DNA from: Ruminococcus albus 7 = DSM 20455
GTDB taxonomy: Bacteria > Bacillota > Clostridia > Oscillospirales > Ruminococcaceae
DNA length: 32,000 nt
NCBI RefSeq assembly: GCF_000179635.2
Contig: NC_014833.1
Coordinates: forward strand, 1,320,001-1,352,000
Reading direction: 5' to 3'
A program made the position numbers and the translations under genes. Of this stretch, positions 22,744 to 31,756 are shown one piece after another; within the stretch, counting starts at the first letter, position 1, and every line of letters begins with the position of its first letter. The notes beneath the pieces were generated by a model, which saw only the letters and a list, made by a program, of their open reading frames with translations, was not told the DNA's origin and made no database searches.

Positions 22744-23838
22744 ATGAAAAGTAAAAAGATCATTTCGGGTCTGCTGGCGCTGAGCTTTGTATTCGGCGGC
22801 ACAGCACTGCCCAACACAGTAGTAAACAACAGCGTGTCAGCTTCGGCAAGTGTTGAAGAAATTGCAGAAGAGGCAGAAGTGCTTACATACGGTGACTATA
22901 AGTACAAATTGCTTGATGATGGAACTGCTGAGATAGTAGAGTACACTGGTGATTGTACAGAAATCGAAGAGAATGGTACAGAAGAGATCGAGATACCCAG
23001 TGAGCTCAATGGCGCGATTGTTACAAGTATTGGTTATCATGCATTTTTTTGTCACATGGAACTTGGAAGTATCACATTACCAAAAGACCTGAAGAATATT
23101 GGTGATGGTGCTTTTAAAGATTGTAATGGTTTGAGTAGCATTGTAATTCCTGATGGTGTTGAGTGCATAGGTGATGATGCATTTAGATCTTGCCGTGTAC
23201 TTAGTAGCGTCACTTTTTCTAAAAATCTGAAGTATATAGGTAAAGAAGCTTTTAGATATTGCTCATGTCTTCATGATATTGTTATACCTGATGGTGTGGA
23301 GTATATAGGAGAACGTGCTTTTGCAAAATTTGACAGTTCCTCTGATAATGATATTGGTTACTATTTACACTATAGTGTTACGATTCCTAAAAGTGTAACC
23401 TTTATAGGTGATAATGCGTTTAATAATTTCTCTATTGCTTCGTATGCTTTTAAGCCAGCAAAGGATTATATAATAAATTGCTACAAAGATTCAGCTGCAC
23501 ATAATTATGCTTTAGTTAACGGCAACAACTTCAATGTAATTGATGCTGGTGATAGCAAAACAAAATATCCCGAGCTGATCAAGGAAGAATACAGTCCGAA
23601 ATTCCATAAGTTCCGCCTGAATTGGACAGCAGTAGAGGGTGCGGAACAGTACGGCATTGCAGTTAGACTGGCAGGAAAGTGGAAAGTTCAGGCTTACGTT
23701 GATGCTGATACCACTAAATACGTTACACCTAAGCTGACATCAGGTCAGAATTATCAAACTGTTATCTGTGCAAAGGTCAACGGCAAGTGGGATACTTCCG
23801 TACTAAACAACAGGGCATTCCCCCTTGTTGTAAGGTAA
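22744..23838 (+). CDS. Secreted BspA-type leucine-rich-repeat protein with C-terminal FN3-like module
   Basis: GGAGG RBS and signal peptide. Repeated IP..V..IG..AF..C..L..I units (LRR_5/BspA pattern). The C-terminal ~90 aa, FRLNWTAVEGAEQYGIAVRLAGKWKV...VICAKVNGKWDTSVLNNRAF, are homologous to the C-terminus of the 1308-aa protein. Confidence 0.85.
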   Translation: MKSKKIISGLLALSFVFGGTALPNTVVNNSVSASASVEEIAEEAEVLTYGDYKYKLLDDGTAEIVEYTGDCTEIEENGTEEIEIPSELNGAIVTSIGYHAFFCHMELGSITLPKDLKNIGDGAFKDCNGLSSIVIPDGVECIGDDAFRSCRVLSSVTFSKNLKYIGKEAFRYCSCLHDIVIPDGVEYIGERAFAKFDSSSDNDIGYYLHYSVTIPKSVTFIGDNAFNNFSIASYAFKPAKDYIINCYKDSAAHNYALVNGNNFNVIDAGDSKTKYPELIKEEYSPKFHKFRLNWTAVEGAEQYGIAVRLAGKWKVQAYVDADTTKYVTPKLTSGQNYQTVICAKVNGKWDTSVLNNRAFPLVVR

Positions 23839-23864
23839 TATTGATAAAAATTTAATATAGCACA

Positions 23865-23903
23865 AAAGACACTTCCGCTTGAAAAAGAAGGAGTGTCTTT
23901 TTG
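23865..23903 (+). terminator. Terminator after the LRR gene
   Basis: AAAGACAC(T)TCC pairs with GGAGTGTCTTT and is followed by TTG. The stem has one bulge and the U-run is partly inside the stem. Confidence 0.65.
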
Positions 23904-23942
23904 TTGGTTTGGTGAATATTGGCGGGAAGTTTGGGTTTTCTA

Positions 23943-23971
23943 TTGACATCGGGCGGGAATCATACTATAAT
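23943..23971 (+). promoter_or_regulatory. Perfect-consensus promoter of the five-gene lipid-type operon
   Basis: TTGACA (23943-23948), a 17-nt spacer, then TATAAT (23966-23971). Confidence 0.65.
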
Positions 23972-24010
23972 GTTTATGAATTAATTATTACGTTTCGGAG
24001 GTCTTTTACG

Positions 24011-24661
24011 GTGGATAAGAGAGTCGTGGTATATAAAGTGATGCGGACGGTGCTTGCGCCGCTGTTTTATGTGCTGTTTCAGCCGAAGATAATTGGCGCG
24101 GGGAATATCCCGAAGAACGGGGCGGCGGTCATTGCGGGCAATCACAAGCACGCCCTCGACCCTATCCTCGTGGATATCAGCACTCGCAGGACTGTTCGCA
24201 CACTTGCCAAAAAAGACCTGCATGACAGTGCTTTCGGCTGGTTCTTCAGGAGTTCGGGCACTATCCCCGTAGACCTCCATGCAAAGCATAATCCCGAAGC
24301 CCTGCGTGCCGCTAAGGAAGCCCTCCGCGATGGTGAACTTGTGAATGTTTCCCCCGAGGCGAAGCGAAATTATACCGATGAACTGCTTCTGCCTTTCAAG
24401 TACGGTGCGGCTGTTATGGCAGAGGATACAGGGGCGGTCATCGTTCCTTATGCGATAGCAGGGAAGTACAAGCCTTTCGGCGGACTGACTATAATATTCG
24501 GCAAGCCTTTCAAAGCCACGGGCGATGCGGAAAAGACCAACAGAAAACTCTACAACAGCATTGCCGCCCTGTTAAAAAGGGTCATGCCGAATGAAGAGTT
24601 AGAGTCCAAAAAAATAACCTCTTTTGAAGAATGGAGCAGCAGAAATGAAAAGACATCTTGA
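24011..24661 (+). CDS. Lysophospholipid/glycerol-3-phosphate acyltransferase family protein (PlsC-like LPLAT)
   Basis: GTG at 24011 lies 9 nt after GGAGG; an alternative ATG is at 24041. It has the acyltransferase H-x4-D motif NHKHALD, then GTIPVD, SPEAKRN and AVIVPYAI blocks in the usual order. Confidence 0.8.
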   Translation: MDKRVVVYKVMRTVLAPLFYVLFQPKIIGAGNIPKNGAAVIAGNHKHALDPILVDISTRRTVRTLAKKDLHDSAFGWFFRSSGTIPVDLHAKHNPEALRAAKEALRDGELVNVSPEAKRNYTDELLLPFKYGAAVMAEDTGAVIVPYAIAGKYKPFGGLTIIFGKPFKATGDAEKTNRKLYNSIAALLKRVMPNEELESKKITSFEEWSSRNEKTS

Positions 24662-26279
24662 ATACCCCGATTGTTCGCTGTATCGATATCTTGTCATGAC
24701 AGCGAAGAAATATCCCGATCATACCGCACTGAACTATTTCGGAAACAAGCTGACTTTCCGCCGGCTTATCGGTGAGATAGGCAGAACAGCCCGCGCACTT
24801 ACAGCGGCAGGTGTAAAAAAAGGCGACAGCGTTTCCGTCTGCCTGCCGAATATCCCCCAGGCGGTATTCCTGTTTTACGCCATAAACAAAGTGGGTGCAG
24901 TGGCGAACATGATACATCCGATGTCTGCGGAAAACGAGATAATCCGATATATGGAACTCACCGAGAGCAAATATGTTTTCTTCCTTGATTCCGTTTCGGA
25001 TAAAATGAGAAAGGTTTGCATGAGGGTCTGCCCCGAAAAGGCCGTGGCTGTCAGTGTCATCAACTATATGCCGCCTGTTATACAGGCGGGATATTTTGCA
25101 AAGCTTAAAGGCAAACTACCGGATCATGCAGGGCTTGACAGCTGGTCAGATTTTAATGCGGAGGCAAAGAATATCACAAGCAATATCAATGTGAACTCCG
25201 CTCCCGATGATACTGCGGCGATACTTTACAGCGGAGGAACTACGGGTGTGCCCAAGGGCATAATGCTGACTAACCGCAACTTCAACGCCCTTGCCGACCA
25301 GAGTATCGACGGCTGCGGCAATCTGTACGCAGGAGAGAAGATGCTTTCGGTAATGCCTGTATTCCACGGCTTCGGGCTGGGGGTATGCATACATACTATT
25401 TTAATACTGGGGGGGACGGCGATAATTCTGCCGAAATTCTCTGCGGCTGAATTCCATAAGCTTCTTTTCAAATACAAGCCTAATATAATCGCGGGAGTAC
25501 CTGCCATATATGAAGCTATGCTTATGAACAAGGATTTCGACGACAAGGATATGAGTTTCATCAAGACAGTTATATCGGGCGGAGATTCACTTTCTCCGAG
25601 TTCAAAGAAAAAGCTGAACGAACTTCTTGCTTCCCACGGCAGCAAAGCGCGTGTTAGAGAGGGCTACGGTCTGACAGAGTGCGTAACAGGCTGCTGTCTG
25701 CTGCCCGAGGATTCCGACAAGCTTGAAAGCGTAGGTCTGCCCTATGCCGATACCTATTTCAAGATAGTTGATACCGAGGGCAACGAACTTCCTGTGGGTG
25801 AAACAGGCGAGATAATACTCCGCGGCACAACTGTAATGAAAGGCTATTACAAGGCAGAGGAAGAAACTGCCGATACTCTGCGTATGCACGAAGACGGAAA
25901 TATCTGGCTGCACACAGGCGACTTGGGCTATATGGATAAAGAGGGATATGTGTATTTCAGACAAAGGCTGAAACGTATGATTGTTTCGGGGGGATACAAC
26001 ATCTACCCTCAGAATATCGAGGAAGTAATAAATTCTCACCGCGATGTGGTAATGTGTGCCGTTGTGGGTGTGGAAGATAAGATACTGGGCGAAAAGGTAA
26101 GGGCGTATGTAGTTCCCAAAGAGGGCGTTAATGAGGATATGCTACGCGATGAACTCAAAGAAATGCTGAAAAAGGATATAGCGGTATACGCCCTGCCCAG
26201 AGATATAAGATTCAGGGAAAGTCTGCCGAAAACCCTTGTGGGCAAGGTGGATTATCTTGCGCTGAAAGCTGAGGAGTGA
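24645..26279 (+). CDS. AMP-dependent synthetase/ligase (fatty acyl-CoA or acyl-AMP ligase type)
   Basis: ATG at 24645 follows GGAG and overlaps the upstream stop by 17 nt. AMP-binding motifs YSGGTTGVPKG, GYGLTE, TGDLGYMD and PKTLVGKVD. Confidence 0.9.
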   Translation: MKRHLEYPDCSLYRYLVMTAKKYPDHTALNYFGNKLTFRRLIGEIGRTARALTAAGVKKGDSVSVCLPNIPQAVFLFYAINKVGAVANMIHPMSAENEIIRYMELTESKYVFFLDSVSDKMRKVCMRVCPEKAVAVSVINYMPPVIQAGYFAKLKGKLPDHAGLDSWSDFNAEAKNITSNINVNSAPDDTAAILYSGGTTGVPKGIMLTNRNFNALADQSIDGCGNLYAGEKMLSVMPVFHGFGLGVCIHTILILGGTAIILPKFSAAEFHKLLFKYKPNIIAGVPAIYEAMLMNKDFDDKDMSFIKTVISGGDSLSPSSKKKLNELLASHGSKARVREGYGLTECVTGCCLLPEDSDKLESVGLPYADTYFKIVDTEGNELPVGETGEIILRGTTVMKGYYKAEEETADTLRMHEDGNIWLHTGDLGYMDKEGYVYFRQRLKRMIVSGGYNIYPQNIEEVINSHRDVVMCAVVGVEDKILGEKVRAYVVPKEGVNEDMLRDELKEMLKKDIAVYALPRDIRFRESLPKTLVGKVDYLALKAEE

Positions 26280-26284
26280 TATCT

Positions 26285-27616
26285 ATGGATAACAGAAAAA
26301 TATTGCTTGTCCACCCCGAGATATCCAGGACAAAATATAATTTTGCGGGGATAATCGACAACGAACCCCTTGAACTAGAATACATCTGCACCGTTCTGAA
26401 AGATGCAGGATATGAACCTTTTATATGGGACGGTCAGGTCGAAGAACAGCCATTTGTAAAGCGCCTTGCGGAGATATCTCCCTTTGCGGTGTACGTATGC
26501 GGAAGAACAAGGCAGGAAAATTTCATGAAAGAGTACTGCCGTGCTGCTAAGGATATTGGCTGTATCACCATGATAGGCGGACTTCACGCACAGCACAACA
26601 ACAAGAGGTTCTATGAAAGCTATATCGATTTTGTGTTCAGGAGTTTTGATATATTCGGTATTGTGAATGTGCTTGAAAACAAAGCCCTCGACACGGTGAA
26701 CGGACTCTGCATAAACCACGGAAACCGCTGGGTGGAGAATGAGGCAACTCCCTTTGATATCAAACGTCTGCCCCGCCCCGACAGAAGCTATTTTTATGCC
26801 CACCCCCGCTACCGCTATCTTGAATTACAGCCCTGCGCCCATGTGAGGACTGCATACTGCTGTCCCTACAAGTGTAAATTCTGCTACCGCAACAGGCTGA
26901 ACTGCGGAACTTACTCCGCAAGAGATATCGCAGATGTGGTGGACGAGATAGCTTCAATAGAATGTGATAATATATATTTCATCGATGACGATTTTCTCTT
27001 TGGTGAAAAGCGCCTTGAAGAATTTATCCGCCTTGTAAAGGAAAGGGGCATACACAAAAAGTATGTCTGCTACGGCAGAGCGGATTTCATATCAAAGCAC
27101 CGCGACCTTATGAAGCGCCTGAAAGAGATAGGTTTCTACTATGTGCTGGTAGGACTTGAAGCGGCGGACGACAAGCATCTGTACCGCTATAATAAAAAGT
27201 CCGACCTTTACGCCAATTCTGCGGCGGTGGAGATACTCAACGATCTGGGTATAAACGCTATGGGTATGTTCATAGTTGATCTGGATTTCAAGGCACGGGA
27301 TTTCAGGGATATCTCAAAATGGGTGAGAAAGCACAAACTCAAACACGCGGCTGTATCCATATTCACCCCCGAGATGAACAGCGAACTGTTTGAAGAATAC
27401 CGAAGCCGCCTTATCACCCGTGACCCCTCCCACTGGGACTATCTCCATGTTGTGGCAAAGCCTGCCCACATGAGTGTAAAGCGGTATTATATGCATTATC
27501 ATATCCTCATCGGCAGACTGTTCCTGCGGGCATGGCGGCAGGGGATATATGATTTTATCGACTATAAATTCTTTATAGGTTCGATAGTTAAAAATATGTT
27601 CAGGTTCGGAGGATAG
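26285..27616 (+). CDS. B12-binding-domain radical SAM protein
   Basis: GAGGAG lies 8 nt before the ATG at 26285. An N-terminal Rossmann-like region (KILLVHPE...ITMIGGLHA) is followed by the radical SAM cluster motif CPYKCKFC (C-x3-C-x2-C) and DDDF/GLE blocks. Confidence 0.85.
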   Translation: MDNRKILLVHPEISRTKYNFAGIIDNEPLELEYICTVLKDAGYEPFIWDGQVEEQPFVKRLAEISPFAVYVCGRTRQENFMKEYCRAAKDIGCITMIGGLHAQHNNKRFYESYIDFVFRSFDIFGIVNVLENKALDTVNGLCINHGNRWVENEATPFDIKRLPRPDRSYFYAHPRYRYLELQPCAHVRTAYCCPYKCKFCYRNRLNCGTYSARDIADVVDEIASIECDNIYFIDDDFLFGEKRLEEFIRLVKERGIHKKYVCYGRADFISKHRDLMKRLKEIGFYYVLVGLEAADDKHLYRYNKKSDLYANSAAVEILNDLGINAMGMFIVDLDFKARDFRDISKWVRKHKLKHAAVSIFTPEMNSELFEEYRSRLITRDPSHWDYLHVVAKPAHMSVKRYYMHYHILIGRLFLRAWRQGIYDFIDYKFFIGSIVKNMFRFGG

Positions 27617-27617
27617 C

Positions 27618-28289
27618 ATGGGAGAAGTATATAAGAATCCAGTTAAAAAAATGATACCAAGCAAGCTGGAAACAGGATTTCAGCAGTTTTTATACAAGCA
27701 CGTGGGTCCCCATATACCAAAGGGCATGACACCTAATCAGATGACCACGGTCAGTGCGCTGGGGGGAGTTTTCGCCATAGTTATGACACTTCTTACCAAC
27801 CTGTCGTCATGGTTCTGGCTTGGTACAATAGCAGGTCTGGCGGTGCATCTTGTGGCAGATGACCTTGACGGCTATATAGCAAGGTCGAGGGGGCTGTCCT
27901 CAAAAGCGGGTGCGTATTACGACCTTATGGTGGATATACTTTTCTCAACATTTCTGATAATATCTATAGGTATGACTCCTGCGGCACATCTTCTGCCAAT
28001 GGCGCTGGCGGCACCCCTTTACGGCATCATGAATGTAACCATGATGAACTATATCATCTATTTCAACGAATTCCAGTTTCCGCGCTTAGGCCCTATCGAA
28101 GCCCATATCAGCTATACCGTGATAGCGATATGCGCCATGATATTCAAGGAAAATGAGGTATTCACTGTTTTTGGTCACGGTGTGACAGTAGTGGATATCA
28201 TAGCAGTCATCGCCATGATACCCATGTACTATGAAATGATACGCATGATAATAGCCCTGTTCAAACGGCTGGAGGCCAGTCAGAGATGA
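27618..28289 (+). CDS. CDP-alcohol phosphatidyltransferase family membrane protein
   Basis: It starts 1 nt after the upstream stop, with a GGAGGA RBS. It has an exact D-G-x2-A-R-x8-G-x3-D-x3-D signature (DGYIARSRGLSSKAGAYYDLMVD) and multiple TM helices. Confidence 0.9.
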   Translation: MGEVYKNPVKKMIPSKLETGFQQFLYKHVGPHIPKGMTPNQMTTVSALGGVFAIVMTLLTNLSSWFWLGTIAGLAVHLVADDLDGYIARSRGLSSKAGAYYDLMVDILFSTFLIISIGMTPAAHLLPMALAAPLYGIMNVTMMNYIIYFNEFQFPRLGPIEAHISYTVIAICAMIFKENEVFTVFGHGVTVVDIIAVIAMIPMYYEMIRMIIALFKRLEASQR

Positions 28290-28912
28290 GATATATCTAC
28301 ATCGTGCTGATAAAGGCGCATACAGGTCTTGGGAGCGTTGCGCGAAAATTTACACGCTATCCCTACACTCATATAGCAGTCTGCCTTGATAAGTCACTGA
28401 CGGACTATATCAGCTTTTCCAGAAGATACCATTACTATCCCTTTGAAGCGGGCTTCACCCACGAATACCGCGATTATTACGCATTCGGTGAACACAGGGA
28501 TTACGGCGTGAAAGTCTTTCGCCTGCCTGTGGAAGAAGATGCCTATGCTGATATCCTTACCTTTATAAAAGACCGTGAAAACGGAGGATATCTCTTCAAT
28601 GTGTACTCAATGGCGACTATGCCGCTGATAGGTGGTTTCAGGATAGCAGGTGCTGAAAACTGCATGAGTTTTACGTCGCAGATGATAGAGAAAAGCAGGG
28701 CTGTAAAACTCGCCAAGCCATACTGGAGGTATTCTATCAGGGATATAGATGAACTGCTAATTAAATTTCAATATTTTACAGGCAGGATAAGAAAACGTCC
28801 ATGCGATTTTCACCCTGAATATATGCAGAAGTTCTGCATAAAGCGATATCTGAAGGGTATGGTCAGGCTTATGATCCCGCTGACGAAACGGCTTATAACC
28901 GGGCAAAAATGA
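28286..28912 (+). CDS. LRAT/NlpC-P60-superfamily-like His/Cys protein (tentative), last gene of the operon
   Basis: ATGA start/stop overlap with the upstream gene. It has an early His in YPYTHIAV (His29) and a later Asn-Cys in AENCMSFTSQ (Cys126). This resembles the H...NCEHF arrangement of LRAT/PLAAT acyltransferases and permuted papain-fold enzymes. Confidence 0.7.
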   Translation: MRYIYIVLIKAHTGLGSVARKFTRYPYTHIAVCLDKSLTDYISFSRRYHYYPFEAGFTHEYRDYYAFGEHRDYGVKVFRLPVEEDAYADILTFIKDRENGGYLFNVYSMATMPLIGGFRIAGAENCMSFTSQMIEKSRAVKLAKPYWRYSIRDIDELLIKFQYFTGRIRKRPCDFHPEYMQKFCIKRYLKGMVRLMIPLTKRLITGQK

Positions 28913-28963
28913 ACGTTGGTCATATTGTAAGGGCGAATAAGAGAAAAAATAATATACATGATC

Positions 28964-28994
28964 AAGCGCATATTTTTTGATAATATGCGCTTTT
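28964..28994 (+). terminator. Terminator of the lipid-type operon
   Basis: AAGCGCATATT (28964-28974) pairs with AATATGCGCTT (28982-28992), followed by TT. Confidence 0.6.
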
Positions 28995-29049
28995 ACTGTA
29001 TAAGAAATATGAATATTATACTAAAACAAGTTGAAATCTTATATTTTTA

Positions 29050-29078
29050 TTGACATCACTGCTGAAATATGCTAAAAT
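29050..29078 (+). promoter_or_regulatory. Consensus promoter of the salvage operon
   Basis: TTGACA (29050-29055), a 17-nt spacer, then TAAAAT (29073-29078) with an extended-10 TGC. Confidence 0.6.
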
Positions 29079-29123
29079 AAAACTAAGAATGTGATAAATA
29101 GATGAAAGGCGTTGTGAAGTATA

Positions 29124-30491
29124 ATGAAGCTGATCTATGACGTAGATGCTAAGCCGAAAACAGGGCAGATAATCGTTTTTGCCCTTCAGCAGATGCTGGC
29201 GATACTGGCAGCAACGATCGCTGTACCAGTTATAATCGGCAACGGACTTACCCCTGCCGCCGCGATGTTTGGTGCAGGTGTGGGAACACTGGTGTATGTG
29301 GCGTTCACCAAGAAGAAAAGCCCTGTATTTCTGGGATCTTCCTTTGCTTTTATAGGTTCGATGTCCGCCGCATTTGCAGGTGCCGCGACGATGCAGCTGG
29401 GTATGCTGGGCATAATCATAGGTGCGATAGCTGCAGGACTTGTATATGTGGTTATAGCCGCGCTTATAGGCATTGTCGGTGTTGACTGGCTTGGCAAGCT
29501 GATGCCGCCTGTGGTCATAGGTCCTACTGTAGCGATAATCGGTCTTTCTCTTGCTGGGAATGCCATAGGCGATCTGCAGAAAAGTGATGTTACCGATGTG
29601 GCAGGTGCTAAGTATGTTTCTATGATATGCGGTCTTATCACTCTTGCGGTGACTATGCTGTGCTCCACCTACGGCAAAAAGATGCTTCGTCTTGTGCCAT
29701 TTGTTATGGGCATACTTGCCGGCTATGGGGCGGCGGTGATATTCACAGTGATAGGTGATGCCGCAGATATCGAAGCACTTAAAATAATTGATCTTTCGGT
29801 ATTTTCAAAGGTCATGTTTCCTGATGGTAACGTTTCCGCGGAAAGCTTTTTCAAGCTCCCCGACCTTGTTTTCCTTGAGGGCTTCAAGGGCTTCGGTGAA
29901 CTTACAGGCAGCTATCTGGTAACAGTTCTTGTGGCTTATGTCCCTGTGGCACTGGTAGTATTTGCTGAACACGTTGCCGACCATAAAAACCTGTCTTCCG
30001 TTATCGGCAGAGATCTTCTTAAAGAACCCGGACTTTCAAGGACACTTCTTGGTGACGGTATAGGATCCATGGCAGGCGCATTTTTCGGCGGCTGTCCCAA
30101 TACCACCTACGGCGAAAGCGTGGGCTGTGTTGCCATAACGGGCAACGCTTCGACAGTGACTATAATAGCGGCTGCAATTGGCTGTATACTGTTTTCGTTT
30201 GTAACGCCCTTTGTGGCTTTTGTAGATTCAATACCCTCATGCGTAATGGGTGGTGTTTGCGTGGCACTTTACGGTTTTATCGCTGTTTCGGGTCTTAAAA
30301 TGCTCAAAGAAGTCGATCTTGATGAGAATCGCAATCTGTTTACAGCTTCAGTTATATTTATTGCAGGCATCGGCGGACTAAGCATAAGCTTCGGCAAGGT
30401 AACGCTGACAGAGATAGCTGCCGCACTGATACTCGGCATACTGACTAATGTGATGTTGTCCAAAAAAACAGACAACAACAAAGACGAATGA
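29124..30491 (+). CDS. uraA: Uracil permease (NCS2 family)
   Basis: 455 aa and polytopic. The N-terminus ...KPKTGQIIVFALQQMLAILAATIAVPVIIG is typical of UraA/PyrP. It sits immediately upstream of upp. Confidence 0.85.
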   Translation: MKLIYDVDAKPKTGQIIVFALQQMLAILAATIAVPVIIGNGLTPAAAMFGAGVGTLVYVAFTKKKSPVFLGSSFAFIGSMSAAFAGAATMQLGMLGIIIGAIAAGLVYVVIAALIGIVGVDWLGKLMPPVVIGPTVAIIGLSLAGNAIGDLQKSDVTDVAGAKYVSMICGLITLAVTMLCSTYGKKMLRLVPFVMGILAGYGAAVIFTVIGDAADIEALKIIDLSVFSKVMFPDGNVSAESFFKLPDLVFLEGFKGFGELTGSYLVTVLVAYVPVALVVFAEHVADHKNLSSVIGRDLLKEPGLSRTLLGDGIGSMAGAFFGGCPNTTYGESVGCVAITGNASTVTIIAAAIGCILFSFVTPFVAFVDSIPSCVMGGVCVALYGFIAVSGLKMLKEVDLDENRNLFTASVIFIAGIGGLSISFGKVTLTEIAAALILGILTNVMLSKKTDNNKDE

Positions 30492-30548
30492 CGAAAAACC
30501 GAGAGTAATTTAAAACAATGATACTATAAATAAAGCGAGGTTTTCAAA

Positions 30549-31178
30549 ATGGGAAAAGTAACAGTTATCGACCATCCGCTTATCAAGCACAAGATATCTT
30601 TGCTGCGTGATGAAAACACGGGTACAAGGGATTTCAGAATACTCGTCGAGGAGATAGCCATGCTTATGGGCTATGAGGCTCTCCGCGACCTGCCCACCGA
30701 GCTGGTGAGCGTAAAAACGCCTATAACTACGGCTGATGTGCCTATGCTTTCAGGCAAGAAGCTGGCAGTTGTGCCGATACTCCGTGCAGGTCTCGGCATG
30801 GTGAATGGCATACTTGCACTGGTGCCATCCGCAAAGGTAGGCCATATAGGTCTTTACAGGGACGAAGTTACCCATGAGCCCCATGAGTACTTCTGCAAGC
30901 TCCCTGAAAATATTGACGAGAGACTTGTTATACTTCCCGACCCAATGCTGGCTACGGGTGGTTCGGCTATTACTGCTGTTGATTTCATCAAGCAGCGCGG
31001 CTGCACCAATATAAAGTTCATGTGCATAATAGCAGCTCCCGAGGGTCTGGAGGCGCTGAAAAAGGCTCACCCCGATATCGACATTTATGTTGGAAGCCTT
31101 GATGAAAAACTCAATGAGAACGCATATATCGTACCGGGTCTTGGTGATGCGGGTGACAGGATCTTCGGAACGAAGTAA
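30549..31178 (+). CDS. upp: Uracil phosphoribosyltransferase
   Basis: 209 aa, [30 protein letters not shown]...ILRAGLGM...DPMLATGGS...[17 protein letters not shown]. These are canonical Upp motifs. Confidence 0.95.
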   Translation: MGKVTVIDHPLIKHKISLLRDENTGTRDFRILVEEIAMLMGYEALRDLPTELVSVKTPITTADVPMLSGKKLAVVPILRAGLGMVNGILALVPSAKVGHIGLYRDEVTHEPHEYFCKLPENIDERLVILPDPMLATGGSAITAVDFIKQRGCTNIKFMCIIAAPEGLEALKKAHPDIDIYVGSLDEKLNENAYIVPGLGDAGDRIFGTK

Positions 31179-31200
31179 ACACTGAAAGGAGAGAACGCTG

Positions 31201-31755
31201 ATGCAGATAACCAATATGCCTGAATTCCATAAGCATATAAAAAGAGTTATAATCTCCGAGGAGGAGCTGAGGGATGCTGTTCAGAAGACAGGCGAGATAA
31301 TCAGTATGGAGTATAAAGACAAGCCTCTGCTGCTTGTAAGTATACTCAAAGGTGCCTATGTGTTCCTTGCAGACCTAAGCCGCGCCATAACCATACCGCA
31401 TGAGATAGGTTTTATGGCGGCGAAAAGCTATTTTGAAAGCACTGAAAGCTCGGGCACTGTGGATATAACCCTAGATCTCAAGCAGGATATCAGCAAGTAT
31501 CACGTTGTGATAGTTGAAGATATAATCGACACCGGAAGGACTCTCAGCAAGGTAAAGGAGTACCTTGAAAGCAAGGGACCTTTATCCCTTAAAATAATCA
31601 CTATGCTTGATAAGCCCGAAAGAAGACTGGTAAAACTGCAGTCGGATTATTCACTGTTTACTATACCCGATTATTTCGTTATAGGTTATGGTCTTGATTA
31701 CGGCGAGTATTACCGCAATCTGCCGTGTATAGCTGAATTTGAGGAGGGCGAATGA
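31201..31755 (+). CDS. hpt: Hypoxanthine phosphoribosyltransferase
   Basis: 184 aa with the PRPP-binding motif [14 protein letters not shown] and [17 protein letters not shown], typical of Hpt. Confidence 0.9.
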   Translation: MQITNMPEFHKHIKRVIISEEELRDAVQKTGEIISMEYKDKPLLLVSILKGAYVFLADLSRAITIPHEIGFMAAKSYFESTESSGTVDITLDLKQDISKYHVVIVEDIIDTGRTLSKVKEYLESKGPLSLKIITMLDKPERRLVKLQSDYSLFTIPDYFVIGYGLDYGEYYRNLPCIAEFEEGE

Positions 31756-31756
31756 T

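Noticed and set aside
29079-29123. A PyrR-type attenuator or pyrimidine riboswitch ahead of the uracil permease-upp operon.
   Set aside because: The leader between the -10 and the ATG is only about 45 nt and shows no terminator/antiterminator pair.
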